This document shows positions 29,410-39,567 of a stretch of DNA of 64,000 bases, one piece after another (within the stretch, counting starts at the first letter, position 1; each line of letters begins with the position of its first letter). The notes beneath the pieces were generated by a model, which saw only the letters and a program-made list of their open reading frames with translations, did no database searches and was not told the DNA's origin. The stretch is from Candidatus Woesearchaeota archaeon (GTDB lineage Archaea; Nanobdellota; Nanobdellia; SCGC-AAA011-G17; JACPIM01), in the NCBI GenBank assembly GCA_964603525.1, contig CAZRVI010000001.1, positions 749-64,748 of the forward strand. The letters are read 5' to 3'. The translations under genes and the position numbers were made by a program.

Positions 29410-30615
29410 ATGGAAAAAAATTTAGAGGTGTTTTTTGAAAATTATGTAGGTAAAAATACACTATTTAAAAACAAAAAAGTTTTACAAGCAAATTATATTC
29501 CAAAAATAATTTCTTATAGGAGCAAGGAGATAGGAATTATTGCGGAAATATTAGCTCCTTCACTGAAGTTAGAAAAACCAAGCAATATTTTTATTTATGG
29601 TAAAACAGGTACTGGGAAGACTTTGGTTGTTAAACATGTTAGTGAAAGTATGTTAAGAATTGCAGAAAAAAAGAGTGTCAAATTAAAAATAGTTTATATC
29701 AATTGCAAATTAAAAAGGGTTGCTGATACAGAGTATAGATTAATTGCTCACTTAGCTAGGGAGTTTGGTGTTATGGTTCCTGCTACTGGATTACCTACAG
29801 ATGAAGTCTATAAAATGTTTATTGATTTTTTAGATAAGGATAAGATTTTGTTGTTAATAATTTTGGATGAGATAGATCAATTGGTTAGCAGGACAGGTGA
29901 TGGTATACTTTATAATCTAACAAGATTAAATTCAGAATTAAAGAACAGCGAGATATCTTTGATTGGTATTAGTAATGATTTAGTTTTTACAGATAATTTA
30001 GATCCTAGGGTTAAATCGAGTTTATCTGAAGAAGAAATAGTTTTTACTCCTTATGATGCTATCCAATTACAAAAGATTTTAAAGAGAAGAGCTAAATTAG
30101 CATTCAAAGAAAATGCTGTTATGGGGGGAGTTATTGAAAAATGCGCTGCTTACGCGGCAAGAGAACATGGGGATGCGAGAAGGGCATTAGAATTGTTAAG
30201 AATTGCTGGTGAGCTTGCGGAAAGAAAAAATGAAAAAAAGATTGAAGTGAAGCATGTTGATATAGCAGAAGATAAAATAGAAAAAGATAGGGTTATAGAC
30301 ATTATTCGTACACAACCAAAACAATCCAAATTAACCCTTTATAGTATTTTTAATATAATTTTTAAAACAAAAGGTCCTGTATTTACAGGAGATATATATG
30401 ATGCTTATAAGGAATTATGTTTTAAACATGGTGTTAGGCCTTTGACACAGAGGAGATTAAGTGATATTATTGCAGAGTTAGATATGTTTGGTATAATAAA
30501 TGCAAAGATTATTAGTAAGGGGAGATATGGGAGAACAAGGGAAATTTGTTTGGCTATACCAAAATCTACAGTTCCGATTTTAAAGAAATTATTGGAAGAG
30601 GAACTTGGATTATGA
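29410..30615 (+). CDS. cdc6: Orc1/Cdc6 origin-recognition protein
   Basis: Has an AAA+ module (GKTGTGKT, DEID) and a C-terminal winged helix. Confidence 0.9.
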   Translation: MEKNLEVFFENYVGKNTLFKNKKVLQANYIPKIISYRSKEIGIIAEILAPSLKLEKPSNIFIYGKTGTGKTLVVKHVSESMLRIAEKKSVKLKIVYINCKLKRVADTEYRLIAHLAREFGVMVPATGLPTDEVYKMFIDFLDKDKILLLIILDEIDQLVSRTGDGILYNLTRLNSELKNSEISLIGISNDLVFTDNLDPRVKSSLSEEEIVFTPYDAIQLQKILKRRAKLAFKENAVMGGVIEKCAAYAAREHGDARRALELLRIAGELAERKNEKKIEVKHVDIAEDKIEKDRVIDIIRTQPKQSKLTLYSIFNIIFKTKGPVFTGDIYDAYKELCFKHGVRPLTQRRLSDIIAELDMFGIINAKIISKGRYGRTREICLAIPKSTVPILKKLLEEELGL

Positions 30616-32255
30616 ACAAACAAAAGTTAATTAATAATTTTTTAGATAGAGGGTTTTTAGTTAGTCCAGATTTTTTAAGGGAATTTAATTTAGATCAAGA
30701 AATTTTTTTAAGACTTTTAAATAGGAAATTAAAGAACAAAGATAAGCCTTTTGTTTTAAATAAAGACTTATTAAATATTTTCCAAGAAGCAGATTTTATT
30801 CCTGAAATAAATTGGTTGGAGTTTGAAAAATCAAGAGCATTTTCGGAGAAAGGAAAAAAGGAAAAAGTGTATAAAACGTTTTTAAATATTCTTAATTATA
30901 ATATTTCTAAAAAAAAGAAAAATGATATAGACAGGATTGTAAAGGATGTTAAGAAACCTGAGGGAAAAATAATTTTAGATAAAAGCGAAAAAGAATATTC
31001 CAATATAATTGTTCTTAAAAACTATAAAGAAAAAGATAAGAAGAGGGAGATTAATGATTTTGTTGGTTATTTTCGGTCTAGATATGATAAGTTAAGAGAG
31101 ATTTTACAGAAAAGGAGAGAGTTACAAGATGTTGTTTCTATTAAGAGGGTTTTGGATAAAAGAGAAAAAGGAGATGTAAGTTTAATAGGCCTTTTGGCTA
31201 ATAAACATGTAACTAAAGCAGGAAATATTATTTTAAATTTAGAAGATAGCACGGGAAGAATTTCTGTAATTATTAAAAAGGAGGACAGGGAGCTGACACA
31301 AATTGCTAAGAACCTAGTTTTTGATGAAGTTATTGGTGTAAGGGGATTATATAACAATAAATTTGTTTTTTGTAATTCTTTATATTTTCCTGGTTTTCCT
31401 GAGAAAGAGCTTAAAAAAGCAGAAGATGATGTTTATGTTGTGTTTACTGCGGATTTGCATTTTGGAAATAAAAATTTCTTATTAAAAGACTTTATGAAAT
31501 TTATTGATTGGTTAAACTGTAAAACGGGGGACAAAAAGCAAAGGATTATCTCTAGTAAAGTTAGGTACTTGTTTATTGTTGGTGATGTTGTTGATGGTGT
31601 GGGGATCTTTCCTGGACAAGAAGAAGAGTTATTAATAAAAGATATTTATAAACAATACGAAGGCTGTGCAAGGCTGTTAAGCAAAATAAGAAAAGATATT
31701 AATATTGTTATTTGTGCAGGAAATCATGATGCATTACGGTTATCTGAACCCCAACCAGTTTTAGATAAAAATTTAGCAAAACCGCTTTGGGATTTGCCAA
31801 ATGTTACAATTGTAACTAATCCGAGTGTAGTTAATTTACACTCTTCAAAGGATTTTGACGGTTTTAATTTATTGTTGTATCATGGATATAGTTTTCAATA
31901 TTATGCTGATAATGTTGAAAATATAAGAATCGCTGGTGGAACAACTAGGGCGGATTTGGTAATGAAACTTTTATTGGAAAAGAGACATTTAGCTCCAAGT
32001 CATACCTCTACATTGTATATTCCTGATAGTATTAGTGATCCTCTAGTGATAGAAAAGATTCCGGATTTTTTTGTTACAGCACATATTCATAGAACAACAG
32101 TTTCAAATTATAAAGGTGTTAGCTTAATTGGTTGTGGATGTTGGATACCACAAACACCTTTCCAAGAGAAAGTGGGTTTACATCCAGAACCTTCTAAGGT
32201 ACCGCTAGTTAATCTAAAAACAAGGGAAATTAAGGTTATGGATTTTGGAAAGTAA
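30612..32255 (+). CDS. polD1: DNA polymerase II (PolD) small subunit DP1
   Basis: Has a calcineurin-like phosphoesterase/exonuclease domain (DLHFGN, GNHD, AHIH). The likely start is the ATG at 30612, overlapping the cdc6 stop (ATGA); the ORF track extends it to 30546. Confidence 0.85.
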   Translation: MNKQKLINNFLDRGFLVSPDFLREFNLDQEIFLRLLNRKLKNKDKPFVLNKDLLNIFQEADFIPEINWLEFEKSRAFSEKGKKEKVYKTFLNILNYNISKKKKNDIDRIVKDVKKPEGKIILDKSEKEYSNIIVLKNYKEKDKKREINDFVGYFRSRYDKLREILQKRRELQDVVSIKRVLDKREKGDVSLIGLLANKHVTKAGNIILNLEDSTGRISVIIKKEDRELTQIAKNLVFDEVIGVRGLYNNKFVFCNSLYFPGFPEKELKKAEDDVYVVFTADLHFGNKNFLLKDFMKFIDWLNCKTGDKKQRIISSKVRYLFIVGDVVDGVGIFPGQEEELLIKDIYKQYEGCARLLSKIRKDINIVICAGNHDALRLSEPQPVLDKNLAKPLWDLPNVTIVTNPSVVNLHSSKDFDGFNLLLYHGYSFQYYADNVENIRIAGGTTRADLVMKLLLEKRHLAPSHTSTLYIPDSISDPLVIEKIPDFFVTAHIHRTTVSNYKGVSLIGCGCWIPQTPFQEKVGLHPEPSKVPLVNLKTREIKVMDFGK

Positions 32256-32455
32256 CATTAATCTTTATACTAAAGTTAAGAAGCTTTTATGCAAACTCAT
32301 ACTCAATTGTTCACAAAGAAACTTTGTGTTCATCATTTGATATGTATGATTGTGTTACAGCAATCTTTGTAGTTAAGAACTTACTTAACAATTTAAGATT
32401 AAAGGAGGCAGCAATTTATCCCATCTAAAGAAAAGGGTATCCTTGCGAGGGTTTT

Positions 32456-35400
32456 ATGAAAAGATATTTTGAAGATATAGATAAGGAATTGAAAGTAGCT
32501 TTTGAAGTTGCTAATGAGGCAAGGAAAAAGGGTTATGACCCAGAAGATAAAGTTGAAATATTGTTCGCGAAAAATATGGCTGAGCGTGTAGAAAAATTAA
32601 TATCTGTTGTGGCTCCACAAATTGCTGGTACTGGTGTTGTTGAAAGGTTAAAGGAGTTGGAAAAGGAATATGGTTTGCAAGACTGGAGAGTTGCTTTAGT
32701 TATTGCTGGAGAAGTTGCAGAACAGAAATTTTGTAAGTTTAAAAGTGAGAGAGAGGCAATGGAAGTGGGTATCAGAGTTGGACTGGCTTATATTACTAAT
32801 GGCGTTGTTGCAAGTCCTTTAGAAGGTTTTGTGAGATTGGAGTTAAAAGAGAGGAGAGATGGTAAAAAATATCTTTGTTTGTATTATTCTGGACCGATAA
32901 GAAGTGCTGGTGGAACAGCATCTTCTGTTTCAGTTATTATTGCTGACTATATTAGGATAAGGATGGGTTATAAGGAATATGATCCTACTAAGGAAGAAAT
33001 TAAAAGAATGTCCACAGAGTTATATGATTATCATGAAAAAGTTACCAATTTACAGTATTTACCTAGTGTAGAAGAAATTGAGTTTATGATAGGGCATTTG
33101 CCTGTTCAGATTGATGGTGATCCTTCTGAGAAATATGAGGTTAGTAATTATAAGGATTTAAAAAGAATAGAGACAAATATAATAAGAAATGGTGTTTGTT
33201 TAGTTGTTGGTGAAGGTTTGACGCAAAAAGCTCCGAAATTATGGAAGCAGTTGGAGAAATGGGGGAAAGATTTTGGGTTAAAGCAATGGAATTTCTTGGA
33301 AAAATTTTTGAAGATTCAAAAGAGAGTTAAGGCTAAAGAAAAAATTGGTGAGAAAAAAGAGGGTATAATAACTCCGGATTATACTTTTATTAAAGATTTG
33401 GTTGCAGGAAGACCTGTTTTAGGCCATCCGTTGAGAAGTGGAGCTTTTAGATTGAGGTATGGCAGATGTAGGGTGAGTGGTTATAGTTCTTACGCGATTC
33501 ATCCCGCTACTATGGTTGTTCTCAGTAAGTACATAGCTATAGGCACGCAATTAAGGGTTGAAAGGCCTGGAAAAGCTACTGTTGTCGGATGTTGTGATTC
33601 CATAGAAGGCCCTGTAGTTAGGTTAAAAAATGGCGATGTTGTTTTAATTGAAAATGAAAAACAAGCTAAAGAAATTATTAATGATATGGAAGAAATATTG
33701 TATCTTGGTGATATATTAATTGGGTATGGTGAATTTTTGAATAGAGCACATGTTTTGATTCCTCCTGGGTACTGTGAGGAATGGTGGATGCAGGAGGCAG
33801 GTGTAGATAAAAAAGAAATTAGTGTTGATGAAGCTATTGGGTTGTGTAAGGAAGGAAAACCTTTACATCCTAGATATACCTTCCATTGGAGAGAAATTGA
33901 TAAAGAGCAATTACAAAGTTTGGTTAACTGGTTAAGGCAGGGTAAAATACAAGAAAAAATTGAATTGCCTTTAGATTATGATATTTCTTTAATTGCTTCA
34001 AAGCGAGATCCCAAAAGAGTTTTAGAGTTATTAGGTGTGCCACACAAAGTTTGTGATAAAAGTATTTTAATTGATAAGGAATGGTCTAAAGCATTAATGT
34101 TTTCTTTAGGCAATGATTTAGGTAATTTAGATATTATGAATAATGAATTTGATGATGTTTTAGACATTATTAATAATATTTCTGGTGTAAAAGTAAGAGA
34201 CAAATCTGGAATGTTTATTGGTGCAAGAATGGGCAGGCCAGAGAAAGCGAAAATGAGAAAAATGACGGGTTCCCCTCATATTTTGTTTCCTGTTGGTGTT
34301 GAAGGTGGAAGGCTTAGATGTTTCCAATCAGCATTAGATAAGGGAAAAATAAAAGCACAATTTCCAATTTTTTATTGTGATCACTGTGGTAAGGATACGA
34401 TTTATAAAGTATGTGAAAGATGTGGTAAAAGGACTATACAATTATATTATTGTTCTAAATGTAATAAACTTAGTAAAAAGAAATGTCATACGGATTTAAA
34501 ATATAAGACACACATTATTGATATAAATCATTATTTTAAATCTGCTTTGGATTTGTTGAATATAACACATCATCCTGAACTGATTAAGGGAGTAAGAGGA
34601 ACTAGTAATGAAGATCGTATTCCTGAGCATTTGGCTAAAGGTATTTTGAGAGCGATTCATGGGCTTTATGTGAATAAGGATGGTACAGCAAGGTATGATA
34701 TGACTGAGATGGTAATTACTCATTTCAAACCAAAAGAAATTGGAACTTCTATTAGAAAGTTAAAGGATATGGGTTATGATAGGGATATTTATGGTAATAA
34801 CTTGGAAAGTGAGGAACAGATTTTAGAAATAAAGCCCCAGGATGTTATATTGCCTGGTTCTTCTGAAAAAGGTTTGGATGAGAAGGCAGATGAGTTTTTG
34901 TTTAATGTTTGTAATTTTATTGATGATATGTTGGTTAGGTTATATAAATTAAAACCTTTCTATAATTTAAATAGCAAAAAGGATTTAATTGGACAGTTGG
35001 TTATAGGTTTAAGTCCACATACCTCTGCAGGTATTGTTTTAAGAGTCATTGGTTTTTCAAAAACGCAAGGATTTTTAGCACATCCTTATGTACATGCTAT
35101 TATGAGGAGAGATTGTGATGGGGATGAAGCAGGGATTATCTTGTTGTTGGATGCGCTAATTAATTTTTCTGTTAAGTATTTACCCGCGCATAGAGGGGCT
35201 AGACAAGATGAGCCTTTAGTTTTGACTTCCAGAATTGATCCCAAGGAAGTTGATGATATGGTTTTTGATATGGATATCTGTTGGAAGTACCCTTTGGAAT
35301 TCTATGAGGCCTGTTTGAATTATAAACAACCATGGGATATTAAGATTGAGAAAATTGGTGATAGATTGGGAAGTGATAGAGAATTTGAAAATTTCGGTTT

Positions 35401-35860
35401 TACTCATAGTGTTGGTGATATTAATAAAGGTGTTAGATGTAGCGCATATAAATTTATTCCAACAATGCAGGAAAAAGTTAAGGGTCAAATGGATTTGGCT
35501 GAAAAAATAAGGGCTGTAGATGAAAACGATGTTGCCAGACTTGTTATTGAAAGGCATTTTATTAGGGATATTAAAGGGAATTTAAGGAAATTTTCTTCAC
35601 AACAATTTAGATGTGTTAATTGCAATGAGAAATATAGAAGGCCACCTTTATTAGGTGTTTGTTTGAAGTGTGGTGGAAGGATAATATTTACTGTTGCTGA
35701 AGGTTCTGTTATAAAATATTTAGAACCCAGTTTGTCTTTAGCAGAGAAGTATGATATTCCTGTTTATTTAAAACAAACTTTAGATTTAACAAAGAGAAGG
35801 ATTGAGAGTGTGTTTGGAAAGGATAAATATAAACAAGAAGGTTTGAGGAGATGGTTTTAA
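32456..35860 (+). CDS. polD2: DNA polymerase II (PolD) large subunit DP2, intein-free
   Basis: 1134 aa with the conserved DP2 motifs, including CDGDEAG and C-terminal zinc fingers (CVNC...CLKCGG). Confidence 0.9.
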   Translation: MKRYFEDIDKELKVAFEVANEARKKGYDPEDKVEILFAKNMAERVEKLISVVAPQIAGTGVVERLKELEKEYGLQDWRVALVIAGEVAEQKFCKFKSEREAMEVGIRVGLAYITNGVVASPLEGFVRLELKERRDGKKYLCLYYSGPIRSAGGTASSVSVIIADYIRIRMGYKEYDPTKEEIKRMSTELYDYHEKVTNLQYLPSVEEIEFMIGHLPVQIDGDPSEKYEVSNYKDLKRIETNIIRNGVCLVVGEGLTQKAPKLWKQLEKWGKDFGLKQWNFLEKFLKIQKRVKAKEKIGEKKEGIITPDYTFIKDLVAGRPVLGHPLRSGAFRLRYGRCRVSGYSSYAIHPATMVVLSKYIAIGTQLRVERPGKATVVGCCDSIEGPVVRLKNGDVVLIENEKQAKEIINDMEEILYLGDILIGYGEFLNRAHVLIPPGYCEEWWMQEAGVDKKEISVDEAIGLCKEGKPLHPRYTFHWREIDKEQLQSLVNWLRQGKIQEKIELPLDYDISLIASKRDPKRVLELLGVPHKVCDKSILIDKEWSKALMFSLGNDLGNLDIMNNEFDDVLDIINNISGVKVRDKSGMFIGARMGRPEKAKMRKMTGSPHILFPVGVEGGRLRCFQSALDKGKIKAQFPIFYCDHCGKDTIYKVCERCGKRTIQLYYCSKCNKLSKKKCHTDLKYKTHIIDINHYFKSALDLLNITHHPELIKGVRGTSNEDRIPEHLAKGILRAIHGLYVNKDGTARYDMTEMVITHFKPKEIGTSIRKLKDMGYDRDIYGNNLESEEQILEIKPQDVILPGSSEKGLDEKADEFLFNVCNFIDDMLVRLYKLKPFYNLNSKKDLIGQLVIGLSPHTSAGIVLRVIGFSKTQGFLAHPYVHAIMRRDCDGDEAGIILLLDALINFSVKYLPAHRGARQDEPLVLTSRIDPKEVDDMVFDMDICWKYPLEFYEACLNYKQPWDIKIEKIGDRLGSDREFENFGFTHSVGDINKGVRCSAYKFIPTMQEKVKGQMDLAEKIRAVDENDVARLVIERHFIRDIKGNLRKFSSQQFRCVNCNEKYRRPPLLGVCLKCGGRIIFTVAEGSVIKYLEPSLSLAEKYDIPVYLKQTLDLTKRRIESVFGKDKYKQEGLRRWF

Positions 35861-36006
35861 TAAAGAAATTTGTTGCTGTTATTTTAATTGCTCTTTTAGT
35901 TTTAAATTTAATTTTTGTGGTTTTAGATAAAATAAATTTTGGTGTTTTCTGGGTTTTAATTATTGTTATTGCGATTTTAAGTTATTTAATGAAGAAGTAT
36001 TTATAA
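35851..36006 (+). CDS. Possible small 2-TM membrane peptide (51 aa)
   Basis: MVLIKKFVAVILIALLVLNLIFVVLDKINFGVFWVLIIVIAILSYLMKKYL. It overlaps the polD2 stop and is below the ORF cutoff. Confidence 0.2.
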   Translation: MVLIKKFVAVILIALLVLNLIFVVLDKINFGVFWVLIIVIAILSYLMKKYL

Positions 36007-37101
36007 TAAGAAGTGTAAAATTACCGGGATTAATAAACAACCCATTAAATGATTTTTTCCCACACCTTTTAGTGTTGGTATTATTCCGAGAGATGTTGCT
36101 ACAACAAGAATTAATAGGCCTAGAATTCCAGAAAGATGTATTGTTATGAATGTAATAAATAAGATGATAGATATACATAAAATTTTATAATTAATTTTTG
36201 TGATAATTTTAGAAAATACTTTGCTGAAATATTGTGTTAAGAATGTTGATATTCCTGCAACAAATAGTCCACAACCTAAAAATAAGATTAAATAGTTTAA
36301 TGAGAATAAACTTAATATTTTTGAGATAATTACTACTGAACCCTTTCTTGTTTTATCAATTATGTATAATGTTATGAAACTGACAGCCATATTTAATGTG
36401 TTTAAACCACCTACTAAAATTAAAAATCCTTTATCTGTTAATTTTGTTATTTGTGAACCAATAATTGCTGCTTGTGCAGGGCCTATTCCTGGAAGAAATG
36501 AAGCAATTGTCCCTACTAAAACTGTTGAGAATAAAGATTTTGATGTTTGTTTTGATTCTATTTTTGGAAATTCTATTAATTGTTTTGGTATTACTGTTTT
36601 TGTGTATAAACTCATTATTAAAACACTTGTACCGAATAGTCCTGATAACATTGGAAATAAAGGTTCTTTTAGAATTGGTAAAGTTAGAACACTTAAACCT
36701 AAAATTCCTGATAACATAAATATTGTGAATGACCAAAATTTTGATTTTCTTTCTCTAAAAATTAGAAATATTGTTACTATGATTAATATGTATACAATAA
36801 ATTGTTTAATTATTGAATAAACATATTTGATTGAAAAAATTAGTAAAGGGGTTAGACATATTATAATAATTAAAGAGAATAATGATCCAATAACTGTTAA
36901 TGTAACTGCAGCATAACCTTGCCCTTTTAATAACATTCTATGTCCTGGCAATACTGATAAAACAGTTGTTTCGTCTGGAGCTCCTAAGAAAATAGAAGGT
37001 ATTGAATTAAGAAATGTGTTTACTATTGACATACTTACTATAATAATTGCTATTATTAATGGTGAAAAATATTTTAGTAAGATAATTGATAAAGATAACA
37101 T
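36001..37101 (-). CDS. TctA-like (DUF112) membrane transporter family protein; the N-terminus is probably encoded out of frame up to about 37200
   Basis: Polytopic protein with repeated G..PG..A motifs (GAPDETT, LPGIGPAQAA). Upstream out of frame, ATG GTG at 37200 encodes MVTLEIFIALSIGIILGSITGLIPG, a TctA-type N-terminus that joins at the C/G run at 37123-37131. Confidence 0.55.
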   Translation of the reverse strand: MLSLSIILLKYFSPLIIAIIIVSMSIVNTFLNSIPSIFLGAPDETTVLSVLPGHRMLLKGQGYAAVTLTVIGSLFSLIIIICLTPLLIFSIKYVYSIIKQFIVYILIIVTIFLIFRERKSKFWSFTIFMLSGILGLSVLTLPILKEPLFPMLSGLFGTSVLIMSLYTKTVIPKQLIEFPKIESKQTSKSLFSTVLVGTIASFLPGIGPAQAAIIGSQITKLTDKGFLILVGGLNTLNMAVSFITLYIIDKTRKGSVVIISKILSLFSLNYLILFLGCGLFVAGISTFLTQYFSKVFSKIITKINYKILCISIILFITFITIHLSGILGLLILVVATSLGIIPTLKGVGKNHLMGCLLIPVILHFLL

Positions 37102-37486
37102 TAATGTTGCAACTAGATTGGGATGGACCCCGGGATTAATCCGGTGATTGAACCCAGAATGATGCCTATTGACAATGCAATAAATATTTCTAATGTCACC
37201 ATCTCACCCCCAAAATTTTGTGGTCCTTTTAAATTATTTTTATTTAAAGAGATTCTAATATTTCTCTAACTTTTTTACTTCCTAACTTTTTTAATTTTTT
37301 AAATGTTTTTTTATTTACTCTGATATGGTATTGCTTTGGATAATTCATCTTTTTTTTATCTCCCGCCATAATTTTAATATTTTAATTTTAAAACTTTATA
37401 ATCATACTTGTCCTACATAATATATTTTGTAAAGCAAATATTATTTTACAATAGTATATATAAATATAAATGTCCTACAAATATAT

Positions 37487-38800
37487 ATGGGGGATATAAT
37501 TAATAAAAAAGATCCAAGATTTACAGGAATTGTGCATTTATGGGACTTGCCTGAAGAAAAAGTTTGTTTGAGTTTAGATAAGGATTATGCTATTAAACTG
37601 TTAAATATTGCAAGGAATTTTGTTGATGGAAAATGGAATAAATTAGCTAAAGTTCTTGGATTGAAAATACCTAAGGATAAAAGTTCAACAGCAATTAGAC
37701 AAATGAGAAGGACAAATATCGTTGGACTTTATGTAATAAAGAAACTTTCAAAGTTTTTAGTTTCCAAAGGTTGTGAAGAATATAATTTAGAGGAGATTGA
37801 AAAGAAATTAATTTTAATAAAATCTAGGGGCGGTCCTGCTAAGCCAATTTATTATCCAAAATTTCCTATAAATTTTAACACTAAAGAAGGTGCAATAATT
37901 ATTTCTTCTATGTTTCATGATGGTGGAATTTCTGTAAGGGATTTAGAACCATTTTATTCTAATAATTCAGATATACTAAAAGAAAGATTTCATAATGCAG
38001 TAAAAAACCTTGTTGGTAATATAGATATCATAAGTAAAAAGAAATGTTATAAGGAATTAAATTATCCTAAAATTCTTGGGCTTATTTTAATAACCCTTAG
38101 TTTAATTCCCGGTAAAAGACCAATTAATAATCCAAAATTTCCTGAATTTGTTTTTAATTATTCTGAAGACTTAATCTGTGAATTTTTATCTCAGTCTATT
38201 GCAGATGATGGTTGGGTTTATTGTCCAAAGAAAAGTTTTGGCTATGTTGGTTTTAATTTTACAGTTGATTTAACAAAATTTCCTGAAGAATTTAGACAAA
38301 AGATTAGAAATGAAAAAATTATTGGGTATATACCTAATGTTTTGATTGGGAATAAAAAATTATTTGAACAATTAGGGCTTTTAGTAGAAGGAGTTTATTT
38401 TAGTAATGAAAAAAGATATTTTAAAGAGGGTAAAGAAAAGAGGTATACTCAAGAATGGCAGATGTGTATTAGAGATCCTAGATCTTTAAATTTTTTATCT
38501 AAAAAATTAGAAATTCCTTTGACTTATAAACAAGAAAAACTTGTAGAAATTGCGAATAGGGAGAGGGTAGTTAAAAGATTTCATCCTAAATTGCTCAAAA
38601 TTATTTTGGAATTTGGTGGAATTGCAACTTGTAGAGATGTTGAGAAAAAAGCAGGTAAGTCTAGGATGCTTAGATACAGACTTAATAATCTTTGTAAAGA
38701 TGGGTTTTTAAAAAGGATTAATTTTAAAGGAAAGAATAGAGCGAGATATAGTTTTCTTCTAACAGAAAAAGGCAAAAAGGAATTAGAATTATTAAATTAA
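37487..38800 (+). CDS. Hypothetical protein with a C-terminal winged-helix domain
   Basis: 437 aa. The C-terminus reads GGIATCRDVEKKAGKSRMLRYRLNNLCKDGFLKR. Confidence 0.3.
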   Translation: MGDIINKKDPRFTGIVHLWDLPEEKVCLSLDKDYAIKLLNIARNFVDGKWNKLAKVLGLKIPKDKSSTAIRQMRRTNIVGLYVIKKLSKFLVSKGCEEYNLEEIEKKLILIKSRGGPAKPIYYPKFPINFNTKEGAIIISSMFHDGGISVRDLEPFYSNNSDILKERFHNAVKNLVGNIDIISKKKCYKELNYPKILGLILITLSLIPGKRPINNPKFPEFVFNYSEDLICEFLSQSIADDGWVYCPKKSFGYVGFNFTVDLTKFPEEFRQKIRNEKIIGYIPNVLIGNKKLFEQLGLLVEGVYFSNEKRYFKEGKEKRYTQEWQMCIRDPRSLNFLSKKLEIPLTYKQEKLVEIANRERVVKRFHPKLLKIILEFGGIATCRDVEKKAGKSRMLRYRLNNLCKDGFLKRINFKGKNRARYSFLLTEKGKKELELLN

Positions 38801-38803
38801 ATT

Positions 38804-39151
38804 TCATAATATCTTTAATTGATTAGCCTGAATTTCTAGAATATTTTTGTATTTTATAATTTCTCCTATGATTTCTACTTTATCTTTATTTTTAAATTCT
38901 AAATTTTCTTCTTTGAAAATAATTGCTTTTATTGAGGAAGTGTTATCTTTTAATGTTAAAATATATAATCCTGGTGTTGTTTTTATATTTGAAATTGTTG
39001 CGATGATTTTTACTTGTTTTCCAATGGAATCTTCAGTAATATCTTTTATTTGTATTTGTTTTATTTCTATACTTTCTGATATGAATAAAATAATAAGAAT
39101 CCCAAACAAGGTGCAAGCAAAAGCTATAATAAAAAGAGTTTTTTCATTCAT
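38804..39151 (-). CDS. Membrane-anchored OB-fold protein
   Basis: N-terminal TM followed by a beta-rich domain of about 90 aa. Confidence 0.3.
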   Translation of the reverse strand: MNEKTLFIIAFACTLFGILIILFISESIEIKQIQIKDITEDSIGKQVKIIATISNIKTTPGLYILTLKDNTSSIKAIIFKEENLEFKNKDKVEIIGEIIKYKNILEIQANQLKIL

Positions 39152-39417
39152 TTTAATTTAGAAGCAATTTGTTTCCCCTGTTTTGTTAAGTAATAGATTC
39201 TACCAGTTTTTTCTTTAGGGTTTTTAATTTTAATTAATCCCAGCTTAACAAGCTCTTTTAATGCTCTTGATACAATATTGAAATAAGTATTGGAAGGTTT
39301 TTTGTATATTTTATTAACAATTTCAGAAGGCATTATTGGTTTATTTATAGCTAAGAATATTTTTAATCTATTTTTACCTCTTTTAACTTTAGCGATTAAA
39401 TTCCAATTGTCTACCAT
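39148..39417 (-). CDS. Small wHTH transcription regulator
   Basis: 89 aa with an HTH (SEIVNKIYKKPSNTYFNIVSRALKELVKLGLI). Confidence 0.4.
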   Translation of the reverse strand: MVDNWNLIAKVKRGKNRLKIFLAINKPIMPSEIVNKIYKKPSNTYFNIVSRALKELVKLGLIKIKNPKEKTGRIYYLTKQGKQIASKLK

Positions 39418-39567
39418 ATCATTTTATAAACGATTTATATACATAAAGAAATACTAACAATTTATTAGCAAATTATAATCAAAAAATATTTAAATTAGAT
39501 TACATGGAAATTTAATATAAATTAAGAAAATAAGGAATAAAAATATTTAAATACACTAACTTCTTAT

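Noticed and set aside
30546-30611. An N-terminal 22-aa extension of PolD small subunit overlapping the cdc6 C-terminus.
   Set aside because: The ATG at 30612 forms an ATGA overlap with the cdc6 stop, the common coupling pattern in this window. The upstream extension lacks any conserved DP1 sequence.
32300-32365. A possible C/D box sRNA upstream of polD2 (TGATGA-like sequence on the minus strand).
   Set aside because: Only a single C-box-like hexamer was seen. There was no properly spaced D box (CTGA) or terminal stem. The region is more likely the promoter and 5' UTR of polD2.
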